Source: Eledone cirrhosa (lineage: Eukaryota). Taken from it: 64,000 nt of DNA. Both the position numbers and the translations under genes were made by a program. The stretch spans positions 13,764,001 to 13,828,000 of the forward strand of contig OZ024748.1 in assembly GCA_964016885.1 (NCBI GenBank), given 5' to 3'. Shown one piece after another: positions 45,096-59,049 of this stretch. How positions within the stretch are numbered: position 1 is the stretch's first letter; the number at the start of each line of letters is the position of its first letter. Below the pieces are notes generated by a model. That model was given only the letters and a program-made list of their open reading frames with translations, was not told where the DNA came from and searched no databases.

Positions 45096-45595
45096 TATAT
45101 ATATATATATATATCTATCTATATATATATATATATATATATGTATAGGAAAAGAGTCAGGACACCGACGGTTGAGCTCCGGCCGTGTCGATAGCTCAAT
45201 CTAATATATATATATATGCAAATGTAAGTTTAGTAAGAGCGAAGATCTGGCTGTGGTCAAGCTAACGATATACAATTATGTGCAACATAATGTGCAGAAT
45301 GTCCAGCAAAGCACTCGATAAGGCTGTGTCACCTTAGAGTAATTAACACACGTTAGATAGCGTGACAAATTGAAAACTTCGGCAGGCGACCCTAGCCACA
45401 ATGCCAAAGCAACGAACATACGATCAGGTTAGATATATATATATATATATATTAATACAGAGACAGAGAGAGAGAGAGAAAAAGAGAGAAATATAATCAT
45501 ATCATTAATCATTTTATGTAAGAATTTGTGTTAAGTTATGTTCCAAACAGCAGCTACATAATTTGAATGATTGTTATTTACTTAAATCATTAAGT

Positions 45596-45780
45596 GGCGG
45601 TGGATTGGCAGTATCGGTAGAGGGTCGGACGCCATGCTTTCTAGCAAAGTTACGTCCCTTTACGATCTGTGTTCAAGTCCCGCCGAGGTTGACTTTGTCT
45701 TTCATCCTTACGGGGTCGATAAAATAAAGTACCAGTAATGCACTGGGTAATTGCTGGCCTTGTGCCTAAAGTAGAAACAG
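45596..45780 (+). mobile_element. Full-length SINE with TSD
   Basis: gttatttacttaaa on both sides (~45573 and 45780). Confidence 0.93.
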
Positions 45781-46012
45781 TTATTTACTTAAACCACACA
45801 CAGACTAAACATTATTTTCAAAACGATTTGAAACTGTAGTCAATGTCTTTCATTAGAGATAAAGCAACGAAAGGTTTGTTCCCAGAATGATTTATATTAC
45901 AAGGCCACATATTCCTATATTTCATTTATTCTATATAAACTGACCCATTTATGATTTTCTTTTACTTTTTAATCGGAGATAATTGATACTGCCATATATA
46001 TATATGTATATA

Positions 46013-46051
<39 letters not shown>

Positions 46052-46235
46052 TAGTAGTAGTAGTAGCAGCAGCAGTAGTAGGTGTTGTTGTTGTTGCTGT
46101 TTTAATACTAACAATTTGTCGTTGTTTGCTTTACAGTAGTAATTGTCATTGTAATAGATGTAGCAGTAGCAGTAACAGTATCATTATTATTTTTAGTAGT
46201 AGCAGTAGTAGTAGCAGCAGGAGCAGCAGCAGGAA

Positions 46236-46277
<42 letters not shown>

Positions 46278-46857
46278 GAATAGTAGAAGTTGTGCTGGTG
46301 GTGGTGGTGATGGTGGCGGTGGTGGTGGTGATGATGGTGGTGGCGCTGTAGGTGGTGGTGATGGTTGTGGTGGTGGTAGTAGTTTTGTTTGCAGTAGAAA
46401 TGTTTTCTTAGCTGAAATAAATAGCTTCCTGTTCATTTCTTCTTCTTCTTCTTCTTCTTCTTCTTCTTCTTCTTCTTCTTCTTCTTTATCGTCATCTTCT
46501 CCTCCTCGCCCCCTTCCATCGTCTCAGTGATCGATTGGATATTTGTTCAATGTTCGATGAGAGTGGAATGAGTGACCGGAGGATTTTAAATGTAAATACA
46601 GATTAAATTACTCTTCTACGAGATTAATGGTGGAGAGTTCTCTACTATTACTACTACTATTAATACTACTAATACTACTACTACTACTGCTACTGCCACT
46701 ACTACTACTACTAATACTACTACTATTCCTGCTTCTACTGCTGCTACTACTGCTGCTGCTACTACTACTCTACTACTACTGCTGCTGCTAATGCCGCTAC
46801 TACACATGCTGCTGCTACTAATGATGATGACGATGATGATGATGATGATATATCATT

Positions 46858-47190
46858 AGTATCGGTAGAGGGTCGGACGCCATGCTTTCCAGCATAGTTA
46901 CGTTCGATTACGATCTAAGTTCAAATCCCGCCGAGGTTGACTTTGCCTTTCATCCTTACGGGGTCGATAAAATAAAGTACCAGTAATGCACTGGGTATGT
47001 GCTGGCCTTGTGCTTAAAGTAGAAACAATTATTATTAATGTTAGCCGAAGGGCGGCGGATTGGCAGTATCGGTAGAGGGTCGGACGCCATGCTTTGCAGC
47101 ATAGAATTATAGTTATGGCCCTTTATGATCTGTTTCACATCCCCCTAAGTTTAACTTTGCCTTTCATCCTTACGGGGGTCAATAAAATAA
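46858..47190 (+). mobile_element. Two tandem SINE copies
   Basis: Consensus head and core at 46858-47028 and 47049-47190. Confidence 0.88.
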
Positions 47191-47499
47191 GTCGATTTAA
47201 TGCCACAACACATGAGGCAATACTTTCATCTACATCTATTGCTTTAAAATTCGCCGTGAGGTCGATACAAACAGGTGTCCACTGTAGCTTACTAGCAACA
47301 ACAACTTAACATTCGCTGGTAATTTATTGAAACTGTGAGCGCGTTCTTAACAAATAAGCTCCACTCGTTATTTCTGGAGCAGACGTTATATATTATCATT
47401 ACACACGATATATCTGGAATAAAATTCAAAAAGAATCTTGAAGTTGGCGCATTCTTTCTTCAGCCATCCCCACACAGACTCTTACTACCTTTCTCTTCG

Positions 47500-47534
<35 letters not shown>

Positions 47535-47550
47535 TGTTTTAATATAGATG

Positions 47551-47601
47551 AGATTCTACAGGACTAGAACTGTTTCATTCTTTAGAAATCATCAGGAATC
47601 T
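47551..47601 (-). ncRNA. Type-I hammerhead motif, family C
   Basis: Minus strand: agattc CTGATGA t ttc taaa gaa t GAAA cag ttctagtc ctg TA gaatct; perfect 6-bp stem I, GUA triplet. Confidence 0.75.
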
Positions 47602-47904
47602 GGGTATCAAAAAATAAATAAAGTATTTATATGTCTCTTCAGGTGGAAGGAGAGGGTAGGGAGTGGAATGGGTAGAGGTCATTGGTTGATAGAAAAGGGA
47701 ATTCATTAAAAGCTAATTCTTTAAAGCTATAATTTATATTTAGAGTAATATAAAGAGTAACAAAAAATATAAATTATAGCTTTAAAGAATTAGCTTTTAA
47801 TGAATTCCCTTTTCTATCAACCAATGACCTCTACCCATCCCACTCCCTTTCCTCTCCTTCCACCTGAAGAGACCTATAAATACCATATTTATTTGTTGAT
47901 ACGC

Positions 47905-47955
47905 AGATTCCTGATGATTTCTAAAGAATGAAACAGTTCTAGTCCTGTAGAATTT
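47905..47955 (+). ncRNA. Type-I hammerhead motif, family C
   Basis: agattc CTGATGA tttctaaagaat GAAA cagttctagtcctg TA gaattt. Confidence 0.73.
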
Positions 47956-48077
47956 CATCTATATTAAAACGTTTATACTCTGCTATGTATTGGGCACCTT
48001 ACTTACTGTGGTTACCTCCGATTCAACCCGGAATAACGTATATATATATATATATAAGTATGCACAGGTACACACAC

Positions 48078-48129
<52 letters not shown>

Positions 48130-48274
48130 AGTAAGGATATTTTCGAAACAGCGAGTTGGTTTGAAATTATTAGAAATGTAAGCTATCGCCGTATTTTGAC
48201 TAAAGAAATTAAAGAAATTATTTAGCCTGATAGTGGGGTTAAGAACCCTCGGAGAAATGGAAAAAGATGAGTAT

Positions 48275-48347
48275 TGACGTACATGGGAGTCGAAACCACA
48301 ACTTTCGTTATCCGGACCACTGTGCTACCATTTACACCAACACATCA
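48275..48347 (-). pseudogene. tRNA-like sequence (pseudo-tRNA or head of another SINE)
   Basis: 73 nt; acceptor tgatgtg/tacgtca, D region ggtgtaaatggtagcac, T loop ggtttcgactcc; anticodon arm imperfect, so identity is not assignable. Confidence 0.6.
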
Positions 48348-48419
48348 CCTATATCATATATATATATACACACACGTACACTTAAACATATGTACGTATA
48401 GGTTATATCGAATATAAAT

Positions 48420-48608
48420 AATTGTTTCTACGTTTGGCACATGGCCACAATAATCCACTGCATTACTGGTACTTTATTTTATCGACCCCGTAAGGATGAA
48501 AGGCAAAGTTAACCTCGGCGGGATTTGAACACAGATCATAAAGGGACGTAACTCTATGCTTCAAAGCATGGCGTCCAACCCTCTACCGATACTGCCAATC
48601 CACCGCCC
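48420..48608 (-). mobile_element. Full-length SINE with TSD
   Basis: tatcgaatataaataa on both sides (~48406 and ~48614). Confidence 0.92.
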
Positions 48609-48726
48609 TTTATTTATCGAATATAAATAATAATGTTCGATTCGTTTGTAAGCAAACGGCTCGATTTGAAGCTGTGTCGTTCTGGTGACCGATCGTCACC
48701 TGTTTGTCTAACAAGACATATATATG

Positions 48727-48760
<34 letters not shown>

Positions 48761-48838
48761 TGTATGTATGTATGTATGTATGTATGTATGTATGTTTATG
48801 TATGTGAGTGTGTATGTAAGTGTGTATGTGTATGTGTA

Positions 48839-48873
<35 letters not shown>

Positions 48874-48874
48874 C

Positions 48875-49095
48875 TAAAAGGTAAACAGAAATAACAACAA
48901 AAATAACAACACAATCGGTACAGTATATGGAAGAAATATATTAGGCAAACGCTTCAAATAACAGGAAGAGGGTCTTAGCGATTCAGACATTAGTCTTTCA
49001 TCAGACGAAAGAATGAGAAATAAGATAGATTGAGGAGACGGGCGGGTTGGAACTGGAAAAATGTCTTTAGATAAAAATAACAGATCCATTCTTGT

Positions 49096-49096
<1 letters not shown>
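48875..49096 (-). mobile_element. Family-E element with degenerate hammerhead-like motif (48972-49006)
   Basis: Minus strand: gt CTGATGA aagac taat gtct GAAT cgc TA agac; GAAA is mutated and stem I is unclear. Confidence 0.6.
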
Positions 49097-49167
<71 letters not shown>

Positions 49168-49169
<2 letters not shown>

Positions 49170-49302
49170 CGAAGGAAATATGGTAAGGAACCAGGTGGAG
49201 CATAACGCACCAAAGTACTCAATACTTAGGGTAGTAGAGTGGGTAATAGGAACCAGTAAGACCCCGACGGCTGAGCTCAAGCCGTTTCGACGGCTAATTC
49301 TG
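49168..49302 (-). mobile_element. Family H element
   Basis: aacgaaggaaatatggtaaggaaccaggtgg...ccgtttcgacggctaattctg, flanked by (TA)n. Confidence 0.88.
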
Positions 49303-49305
49303 AGA

Positions 49306-49434
<129 letters not shown>

Positions 49435-49872
49435 GGTTGTTTCTGTGCATACATAACTATGTTAGTGGTATACTCTTTACTCTTTTCCCTATCATTCTCT
49501 GTGTTTGTCTATATCTCTCTTTCTATCTGAATCTCTCTATCAGTCTTCTCAGATAACAAATACCATATCAATATCTTTCCCTCTTATTTTGTTTCTTCGT
49601 GGATTTCCCTTACATTCCAAAAACAAAGTATTTGTACATAACTCTCCATAATATTCACACAAGAAATGAAGGAATAAAGGAGAAAAAACATATGGATGAA
49701 ACAAAAACTATAACGAAAAGGGGTAGAAATGGAGGTTAGAAGTAAACAACTCTAACACATGAAATTAATAAGAGATGTTGATTGTGGTGTTTGTGTTGGT
49801 CATTGCAGACATTGGCTTGTAATTTATGAGTCAACCGTATCAATATATATATAAAAAGCATCGGAAATAACA

Positions 49873-49952
<80 letters not shown>

Positions 49953-50011
49953 GTATACATATATATATATATATATATTATATATGTATACATACATATA
50001 TGTATATGTAT

Positions 50012-50216
50012 ATAGGAACGAGTAGGACCCCGACGGCTGAGCTCAAGCCGTTTCGACGGCTAATTCTGGACTAAAATCGTCCAGAATTAGCCGTCGAAAC
50101 GGCTTGAGCTCAGCCGTCGGGGTCCTACTCGTTCCTATTACCCACTCTACTACCCTAAGTATTGAGTACTTTGGTGCGTTATGGTCAACCTGGTTCCTTA
50201 CCACATTTCTTTCGCT
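50012..50216 (+). mobile_element. Family H element with perfect 60-bp fold-back
   Basis: Arms 50012-50071 and 50079-50138, loop taaaatc. Confidence 0.9.
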
Positions 50217-50219
50217 ATA

Positions 50220-50292
<73 letters not shown>

Positions 50293-50297
50293 TTGTG

Positions 50298-50353
<56 letters not shown>

Positions 50354-51248
50354 AACATATAGCATTCATAAACAATATTTTCCTATTAAATAAGAAAGAA
50401 TTCAGTAAATAGATTTGGCCCGAGCTTAGTGACCTCGCCTTACCGGCGTTCGTACTTTGTACTTGACCTTGTAACATTTAACACTGATGGGTTTAATATC
50501 AGAGAAGCATATCAACGGATTCCAATGTGATAGAATTTGACAGCTGACCACACTGCTAACAACCTAAGCAGACGTCACTTCACTAGTTTATTTCTATAGT
50601 ACTCCAATAATGTTAATGCCACAGAGAAAGATTTCCTGGCATTCTAAAGTTCATTTAATATTGGTTATTATTCGTTACATAGCCATAGAAAAGAATAACA
50701 CGATTGTTCTCATATTCTGCTCTCTAATTGAAATAGAATGGAAAGGAATATAGTGGAATGGTCTTCGGTCGTTTTGCGGCGATGCATTCGGCTAAAGCCT
50801 AGTTTTCACTGCCCACCGAGCCGAAGCGGGTAAACTGTAGAAGTATCGGCCGCTATCGGACTACTATCTGAACGGTTTTGCTATGTGCAACTGCGAGCCC
50901 CGTTCCAGCTCACCACTCTGTCCTTCAGGGCAATGTATTCTCCATCATGTCGACAAGAATCACAAGGTGGACTGACCCTTAAGTTTCATTTATGGTGGAA
51001 TAGATTTACTTCCATAAGTATGAACAGGATGAGAAAGGATACATATGCACACATTCCTATATTTCATTTTCTCATAGTTACTAAAAGCTGCCAACTTAGG
51101 TGTTCGATCAAGGAACAGAATCAACTGCGCGTGAAATTAACGTGTAGGTAGCTGAGTGGGAGGAGGGGGAGAAAGACAGAGAGTGAGATGTACTAATAAC
51201 ATCTCGGTTTATGAAAATACTAGCCCAAATGCAATCGACTAAATACAT

Positions 51249-51334
<86 letters not shown>

Positions 51335-51336
51335 GG

Positions 51337-51399
<63 letters not shown>

Positions 51400-51616
51400 A
51401 TAGCACAGTGTATGTTTAATGGAATTTAACACGAAAAGATACAGAGCCTGTCAGAAAAAAACATAACGAAAGGATTGTACGATGTAAAAAAAGAACAAAG
51501 AAATAGAAACTGTTTTAAAGTAGTTCAGTAAAAAAAACAAATGGATAAAATGGAGAGCCACTGGTTGGACTAGGGAATAATATTGTCATTGATAATTTTT
51601 GAATAAATATAATATA

Positions 51617-51990
51617 AAGGAAAGGTATGATCAGTAGAACAGACAAAAAAAAAATAAATAGATAAATAAAAATAACCTAGCAATTCGTCTTTTCGTTGCT
51701 GATACTATCTGTTGGACATACATGTAAAAGTTTAAGCATTTCGTTTCCATATTTCTGCTTAATGAAGAAAACTCATTAAGAAATACTCAAATATGTATCA
51801 GGAAGAAGGGAAAGGCATGATCATTAGATCTGACCAGTAATATTATAAGGTTTCCATTGGTGCTTTCATTGCTGATACAATCAGTCGGAGATAGATATAA
51901 ACATTTAGCCATTTCGTTTCTATATTTCTGTTAAATGTTTCTTTTTATAATAATCACACCCTTAAGAAATACACAAATATATACAAGGAA
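51617..51990. repeat. Diverged ~190-bp tandem duplication
   Basis: gaaagg.atgatca.taga ... ttgctgatac ... catttcgtttc.atatttctg ... ttaagaaatac.caaatat occurs twice. Confidence 0.8.
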
Positions 51991-52383
51991 TTATTAATAT
52001 AGCTAATGTATTAATTCTTAAGTTGGTGTAAGGACTCTTCATGAAAAGTTTAGTGGAAAATTTTAGATATTTATATATATAAACATTTTCAATAAATTAT
52101 ATACTGTTCTGCATCATAGAACTAAATGTGGTTTCTAGCGCTTTTGTATCAAAATTAAGACCATATGCTACAAGAATTTCATGACTTTCTTGAAACACAT
52201 ATATCGATTATCTTCTTAGTCAAGATTCTATTGAACTGAGAAGTCATTATAAATCGGTTATGTATATAAACATCCTGCTACGGGACATCATTTTGATTTC
52301 ATCATGGTTGACAGCATTTTGAAATTAGCAGGAAGTAAAAGTTATGTGTGCGTGTATATATATATGTATGTATATATACGTGC

Positions 52384-52472
<89 letters not shown>

Positions 52473-52477
52473 TATAA

Positions 52478-52511
<34 letters not shown>

Positions 52512-52650
52512 GTACGTAGTTACGTATGTATATGTATATATATGCATACATATATATATTCTGAGAATTTCTTACCACTATATATATATACATGTCTGTG
52601 TGTGTGTGTCTGAATCTCTGTATTTACGCATGTATACATTAATGTGTGTG

Positions 52651-52715
<65 letters not shown>

Positions 52716-52937
52716 ATATATGCGTATATGCAAATATGTATACGTGAGTATATATGTGCGTAAGGCAAAGAGAAAGGCCGATATATAGCTCGAAACCAAC
52801 AGAGACTGATGAATGGACGTAAGAAGGAAAAGGAAAGAAAGAATAAAGATAAGAGGAATATATCAGACACAGCGGCATCAGTTATATCCAGCATACTATG
52901 GCGCTAGTACCGGCTTGACCTGAGATATTTATATATA

Positions 52938-53019
<82 letters not shown>

Positions 53020-53117
53020 CACACACTCACATATATATATATACATATACCCACACACACACGGATAAATATACACTTATATATACATATGTTATACACA
53101 CACATATATATATATAT

Positions 53118-53160
<43 letters not shown>

Positions 53161-53318
53161 CATACACACACATATACATACACTCTTATATATATGCATA
53201 TATATATGTGTATATATATATATTGATATATATATATATGTATATGTGTATATATATATATTGATATATATATATATATGTATTTATATATGCCTATATA
53301 TATTCATATACGTATATA

Positions 53319-53374
<56 letters not shown>

Positions 53375-53479
53375 CACCCTCACACAAACAGACACACGCG
53401 CATATATTTATTTATTTACATATACATACATATTTATATACCTACACATACACACGTATAAATATATACAGGCCAGTTT

Positions 53480-53700
53480 AGACTTTGTGATGGAATGCAA
53501 GATTGACCTATCAGTGGAATTACAGTAATGATGAGAGGATGTAAAAAAAAAACTATAATAGGAAATAGGAACAATTATGGAGATGCCACGTTGAACATCA
53601 GATATGATGTCGCTACACTGATTGAGTTGAGCTTTTTGATCATTGAACCTTGTGCTTTGAACGACGAATAATATGGGATGTAGTTTCATTATTACTGTCA
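53480..53700 (-). mobile_element. Possible highly decayed LINE RT fragment
   Basis: SDIISDVQRGISIIVPISY loosely resembles the VxSGVPQGSILGPxLF RT motif. Confidence 0.3.
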
Positions 53701-54562
53701 TCTTTTTCCTATATTGTCTCCACCCTTCCTCTCTCCGCCACTCTTTCTGTCTCCGCTACTCCCCCATCTCATGCCTCTTTTCTTCTCTGTTCTTGTCTAG
53801 ATAATACAGTACATTTTCTGTGATATAGTTTATATTGTTAGAAAATGGCGGATAACGTCACAACTTTCTTAACTATAGATTGTTATTGTTTGTTGCTTGT
53901 TTTCGCTGTTATTTGGTTTTCTAACCTAATTTCTATTATATATATATTTCTTCTGTTGTACTGAATAGGGTGAGATAAAAATAAATAAAGATAACTTTAC
54001 TTGGTTGACCCAAATATGTAGAGGTTCTGGTAAAATGGTGAATAAGTTTATTTGTTGAACTATGTCTGTGCTGAATTTCTAAGTAATATTACATAGAATA
54101 CATTTCTCCCAATATAGTCAACGATGAATTCTTCCTAATATTGTATATTAGAGGATTAAAGTCTTTTTGAACTATATTCCACTTCCTGAAATCAAACGTC
54201 AGATGTTATTTTCCTTCACAACCATTGCGATATATGTGTCAGGAAATAAGAATACATGAAGCATCTATCAATTTTTAGTGCTCCCGCTATGTTAAATACG
54301 GAGCTCAGTTTTTTAAACTTTATTATTAAGGTACCGGTCAACGTCGAGACTTCCGGCATACTTGGGCACCGTTCTATTCCTCCACAAGATCGGAAAGTCG
54401 GCAGGCCGTCTGGGGAAGGAGCCCTACGCGGTAGTGTGGCTGTTGCAGTGGGTACCTCTAGCCGTTGTTATTATATATCTGTTTTTTATAAACATAAATT
54501 TGTCCTGAAATATCGTACGCACCTTGTATGTATATATATATATATATATACATATATTCTGA

Positions 54563-54698
54563 GTCCAGAATTAGCCGTCGAAACGGCTTGAGCTCAGCCG
54601 TCGGGGGCTTACTGGTTCCTATTACCCACTCTACTACCCCAAGTATTGAGTACTTTGGTGCGTTATGGTCCACCTGGTTCCTTACCACATTTCCTTCG

Positions 54699-54700
<2 letters not shown>
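54563..54700 (+). mobile_element. Family H element
   Basis: gtccagaattagccgtcGAAAcggcttgagctcagccgTCggggg...ttaccacatttccttcgtt within (TA)n. Confidence 0.88.
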
Positions 54701-54747
<47 letters not shown>

Positions 54748-54855
54748 AAATTATAAAAAATAAAACAAAGAGGCCTTTGTCATTTCTATAATACGACGAG
54801 TGTGTTTAACTCCAACGGACTCTAGTTTTTTAATTCTTCTTATATATATATATAT

Positions 54856-54902
<47 letters not shown>

Positions 54903-54936
54903 GAGAGAGTGAGAGAGGGGGGGAGAGAGAGAGCGA

Positions 54937-55176
54937 GGTAGAACACTGGAAGGTAATATCCGTAGCGGTAGAGCACTCAGTCCATAGGACGAGTTAGGTA
55001 GAAGTGATAACACAACAGTTAGTTCACCATACCGAGAACAATTGCTTCACATTAGCGGATCCTCAGCACGTACTGGTCATGGCTTTTCCGTATAACCATG
55101 GCCAGTACGAGCTGAGGATCCACCAAGGTGAAACAATTGTTCTCAGTATGCTGAACTAACTGTTGTGTTACCACTT
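54937..55176. mobile_element. Family-B fold-back element (copy 2) with hammerhead motif at 55105-55148 (+)
   Basis: 81-bp arms at 55002-55082 and 55096-55176; tacgag CTGAGGA tccaccaaggt GAAA caattg TT ctcagta with palindromic stem III. Confidence 0.75.
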
Positions 55177-55201
55177 ATGTATATATAATATATATATATA
55201 T

Positions 55202-55395
55202 AGCGAAGGAAATGTGGTAAGGAACCAGGTGGACCATAACGCACCAAAGTACTCAATACTTAGGGTAGTAGAGTGGGTAATAGGAACGAGTAGGACCCCG
55301 ACGGCTGAGCTCAAGCCGCTTCGACGGCTAATTCTGGAATTTGGAATTAGCCGTCGAAACGGCTTGAGCTCGGCCGTCGGGTTCCTACTCGTTCC

Positions 55396-55397
<2 letters not shown>
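55202..55397 (-). mobile_element. Family H element with inverted arm
   Basis: Same structure as 50012-50216 in the opposite orientation. Confidence 0.88.
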
Positions 55398-55454
<57 letters not shown>

Positions 55455-55672
55455 GGAGGGCGAACGACTTTCGTCAAATTGGACCGAGGAAACAATGTTT
55501 CCATTGGTCTTACAAGGTGCTAATGCTGTCTATCGATCGCAACTCCATGTAGAAGGAGCAACGTGAAATAAAATATCTTGCTCACGAACATAACGCATCG
55601 CCCGGTCTGGGAATCAAACTCACAACTTGGGGAATCCAATTCTCTAAACACTCAGCCACTCACCTTCAATAT

Positions 55673-55707
<35 letters not shown>

Positions 55708-55716
55708 ATATAATCC

Positions 55717-55885
55717 CAGATATGTACTCGGCTGCTAGTGGCATAACAAAATATTTAAAAGACTATTGGTTATATGATTAAATTAAACATAAAATAAACA
55801 AAATATTCATACAATTACACTCAGATACACAAATGACACAAACGTAAAACCGCATATATATTTATCTATCTATCTCTCAAATATA

Positions 55886-55947
<62 letters not shown>

Positions 55948-56124
55948 CACATATATATATTTGAGAGATAGATAGATAAATATATATGCAGTTTTACGTT
56001 TGTGCCATTTGTGTATCTGAGTGTAATTGTATTAATATTTTGTTTATTTTATGTTTAATTTAATCATATAACCATTTGTCTTTTAAATATTTTGTTATGC
56101 CACTAGCAGCCGAGTACATATCTG
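55717..56124. repeat. ~175-bp near-perfect fold-back centred on a TA tract
   Basis: cagatatgtactcggctgctagtggcataac...ctctcaaatat is mirrored by atatttgagag...gttatgccactagcagccgagtacatatctg. Confidence 0.92.
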
Positions 56125-56333
56125 AGTTCATCTCAAAGTTTCTTATTCTGATTGAAGGAGGGGAAAACCAACAAACCTAATTTCCAATGGTGACCCATAT
56201 TCATTTACCAGTTGATGTGAAATGTACTTCTTTCTTTTTTACGATACTAATGGTTTTGGGCGGGATGATGGAGGGAGTGAGTAAACAATAACCAGTCCCT
56301 AACACACTCATATTATCTCTATTACACAGTTAA

Positions 56334-56522
56334 AGGCGGTGGATTGGCAGTATCAGTAGAGGGTCGGATGCCATGCTTTCCAGCATAGTTACGTCCCTTA
56401 GCGATCTGAGTTCAAATCCCGCCGAGGTTGACTTTGCTTTTCATCCTTACGAGGTCGAGAAAATAAAGTACCAGTAATGCACTGGAAAATCGCTGGCCTT
56501 GTGCCAAAACGTAGAAACAATT
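56334..56522 (+). mobile_element. Full-length SINE with TSD
   Basis: attatctc.attaca on both sides (~56312 and 56520). Confidence 0.92.
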
Positions 56523-57458
56523 ATCTCCATTACAAATTGTTCTCATCTCGTGACTAATACAGATGAAAAACAATTATACTGAATGTTGCATTTGAGAAAC
56601 AGACTTCAAAAGAACCATGACATCAAACGAAATGTTCAGTGCGTTCGGATTGATATTACGCGATATCTCATTGCAGAAACGAATGGTGTCTATTTTCTGT
56701 AGTACAGTGAATATATTTATTATTATCACATTTCTCTGAAGTTTCTTCCTGCAATGGTTTGTATCTCTGATCAGCTTTGAAAGTTTTATTATCTCCAATT
56801 AAGTTAGTGTAATCATTGTTCTTAGCTATCTTCAGCTCTGATCGTACATTTTTGCTGTCTTTTCCTTATGAAGATAAATCTAACTCGCCGACACCAGAGA
56901 TTGTGGAAGTTCTCGTTGTAACGTTATCTTTATCAGCGGTCGATCGTTGACGAAGAAGAGATTATTGCCGACATTACACGCTGTTTATATACATCGCTAA
57001 TCAAGCTACACACATTGATTACTGTCATACCTTCTGTTATTTTCTCCTTTGCGATTACAACTAAATATTACTATTTTTCCTTTTTGCCTTATCTCATTTG
57101 TTTCTCGTCATCACCATCTCATAGTTTTTTGTCAACATTTTTTTCTTCAACGTGTAAAAAATAGACAGAAAATAACAAGACATACATTACATATATTCTC
57201 ACCTGTGTAACTTAGTAAATCTTGATTAACCGTTTCTCAACAGAACTCCCACTTATGGGAACATGAGTTTATATATACTAACGTTTGATATCTTCTTCTG
57301 TCTAGTCCTCTAACTCCGTAGGAAAGGGCGTGTAACTCTGGAAGATTCCTTCTCCTTCTTCTCCTCCTCATCTTTCTTCATCATCATCATCATCATCATC
57401 AGCATCATTTTCATCTTCATCATACTTTTCTTCTATAACTACTACTTCTAACACCAAT

Positions 57459-57995
57459 AATTGTTTCTAATTTTGGCACAAGGCCAGCAATTATACCAGT
57501 GTATTACTGGTACTATATTTTATCGACCCCGTAAGGATGGAAGACAGAGTTAATCTCGGTGGGATTTGAACTCAGAACATAAAGGACCATAACTCTATGC
57601 TGCAAAGCAGGGTGTCTACCGTATAATATTTATAATAATTATTATTATAATTCATCCTGAATGTGTTGGTAAAATAAAGTACCAGTAATGCTTTAGGGTC
57701 AATTTAATCGACTTTCCCCTCCCTCATAATTGTTGGCCGTGTGTCTAAATCAAGAACCATTATTATTATTGTTCTTGTTTTTAGGGTGGTGGATTGGCAA
57801 TATCGGTAGAGCGTTGGACACCATGCAGCATAGAGTTACGTCCCTTTATGATCTGAGTTCAAATCCCGCCAAAGTTCACTTTGCCTTTCATCCTTACGGG
57901 GTCGATAAAATAAAGCACCAGTAATGAACTGGGGTCGATTTAATCGACTTTCCCATTCCCCCAAATTACTGGCCTTGTGCTTATACTAGAAATCA
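57459..57995. mobile_element. Divergent SINE group (minus copy, plus fragment, plus full copy)
   Basis: 57459-57620 (-), ~57670-57755 (+), 57784-57995 (+). Confidence 0.85.
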
Positions 57996-59049
57996 TTATT
58001 TAGCCACAGGTCAAACTTCATTGAGCAGTGTTGGTTTCTAAGTAGTTTATGATTTAAAGTAGACGGGGCTGCTATTTCTACCAAGTCAAGTAATTTCAAT
58101 GAAATTCTTTGGTTGCCCTCGAAACTCATTATTAAAAAAACAGTGGCATGTATACGACATAACGAGAAAACTGGTTTATTTTAAGCAGTGAAGCATAGAA
58201 GCAATTATCTATTTTCCTATATATTGTTGTGAGGCTTAAGTTTCCAGCCAGGCATATTTATTGTTCTTCCTCATAGGGAATAAATACTACATGTATTTAC
58301 TATTTTATTTATTTATGTTGTTGTTATTGTTGTTCTTCATTTTCTTCGTTATATTATAGGTGTTTGATTTACTTCTCGCTCACTTGTTCCTGGGAAGGTT
58401 TTGTGGTAAATGTCCTCAATCTTTCCTTGTTTTCATATTATTCAAATTTTTATAGTTTTCTTTTCCCTTGAGTCAGAACATAACGCTCCAGCATGGCTCT
58501 AATCAAGCTGGGTAAAGTAAACTGAAAAGGTTTACAACATTGATTGGCAGACCTTACAAAACTTCATATATGTTGAAATTGGGCAAAACCAGTATTACTC
58601 GATTTTCACAATTCTAAAAAAAACCATCCTACAAGATGATTATATTTGAGTTGGTAAACAGCGGAATATATTCATATGGAATGAATGCCAATCATTACAA
58701 AACATGTTTTCTTCAAATAAATTTCTGTAGCTCTACTTTTGAACAGAAATAAAAAATAACGCTATCCATTTTTACGTAAATATCTAGACATTCATTATAA
58801 AATTAAAATGATATTTACTTGCAAAATTTTCGTTTATTTCCAGAATAAAATACTGACAGACAGGAAGTCTATATAACTGTGAAAGAGGTAAGTTATTATA
58901 TAATTAAAATACATTTATTCGTTGATTGTCAAAGCACTTTCATTACACATTGTGTAACCCCCTCCGTGACTACAACTGTTGTTACTTTGTGTCTTTTTTT
59001 TGTTTTGTATTACACCATCTTTTATTGGCAAGATAAATACAAAAACTAT

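Larger units (their letters stand above)
47536..48036 (+). mobile_element. Family-C Penelope-like remnant with 206-bp fold-back
   Basis: Arms 47536-47741 and 47765-47970 with a 23-bp spacer; 3' tail shared with the 27.8-kb copy; embedded in (TA)n. Confidence 0.82.

Noticed and set aside
50880-51055. Minus-strand peptide DSCRHDGEYIALKDRVVSWNGARSC, faintly C-type-lectin-like
   Set aside because: Short, bracketed by stops and with no clear splice sites; the resemblance is too weak.
52780-52840. ctgatga near gaaac as a hammerhead
   Set aside because: No stems I-III could be built in the correct order.
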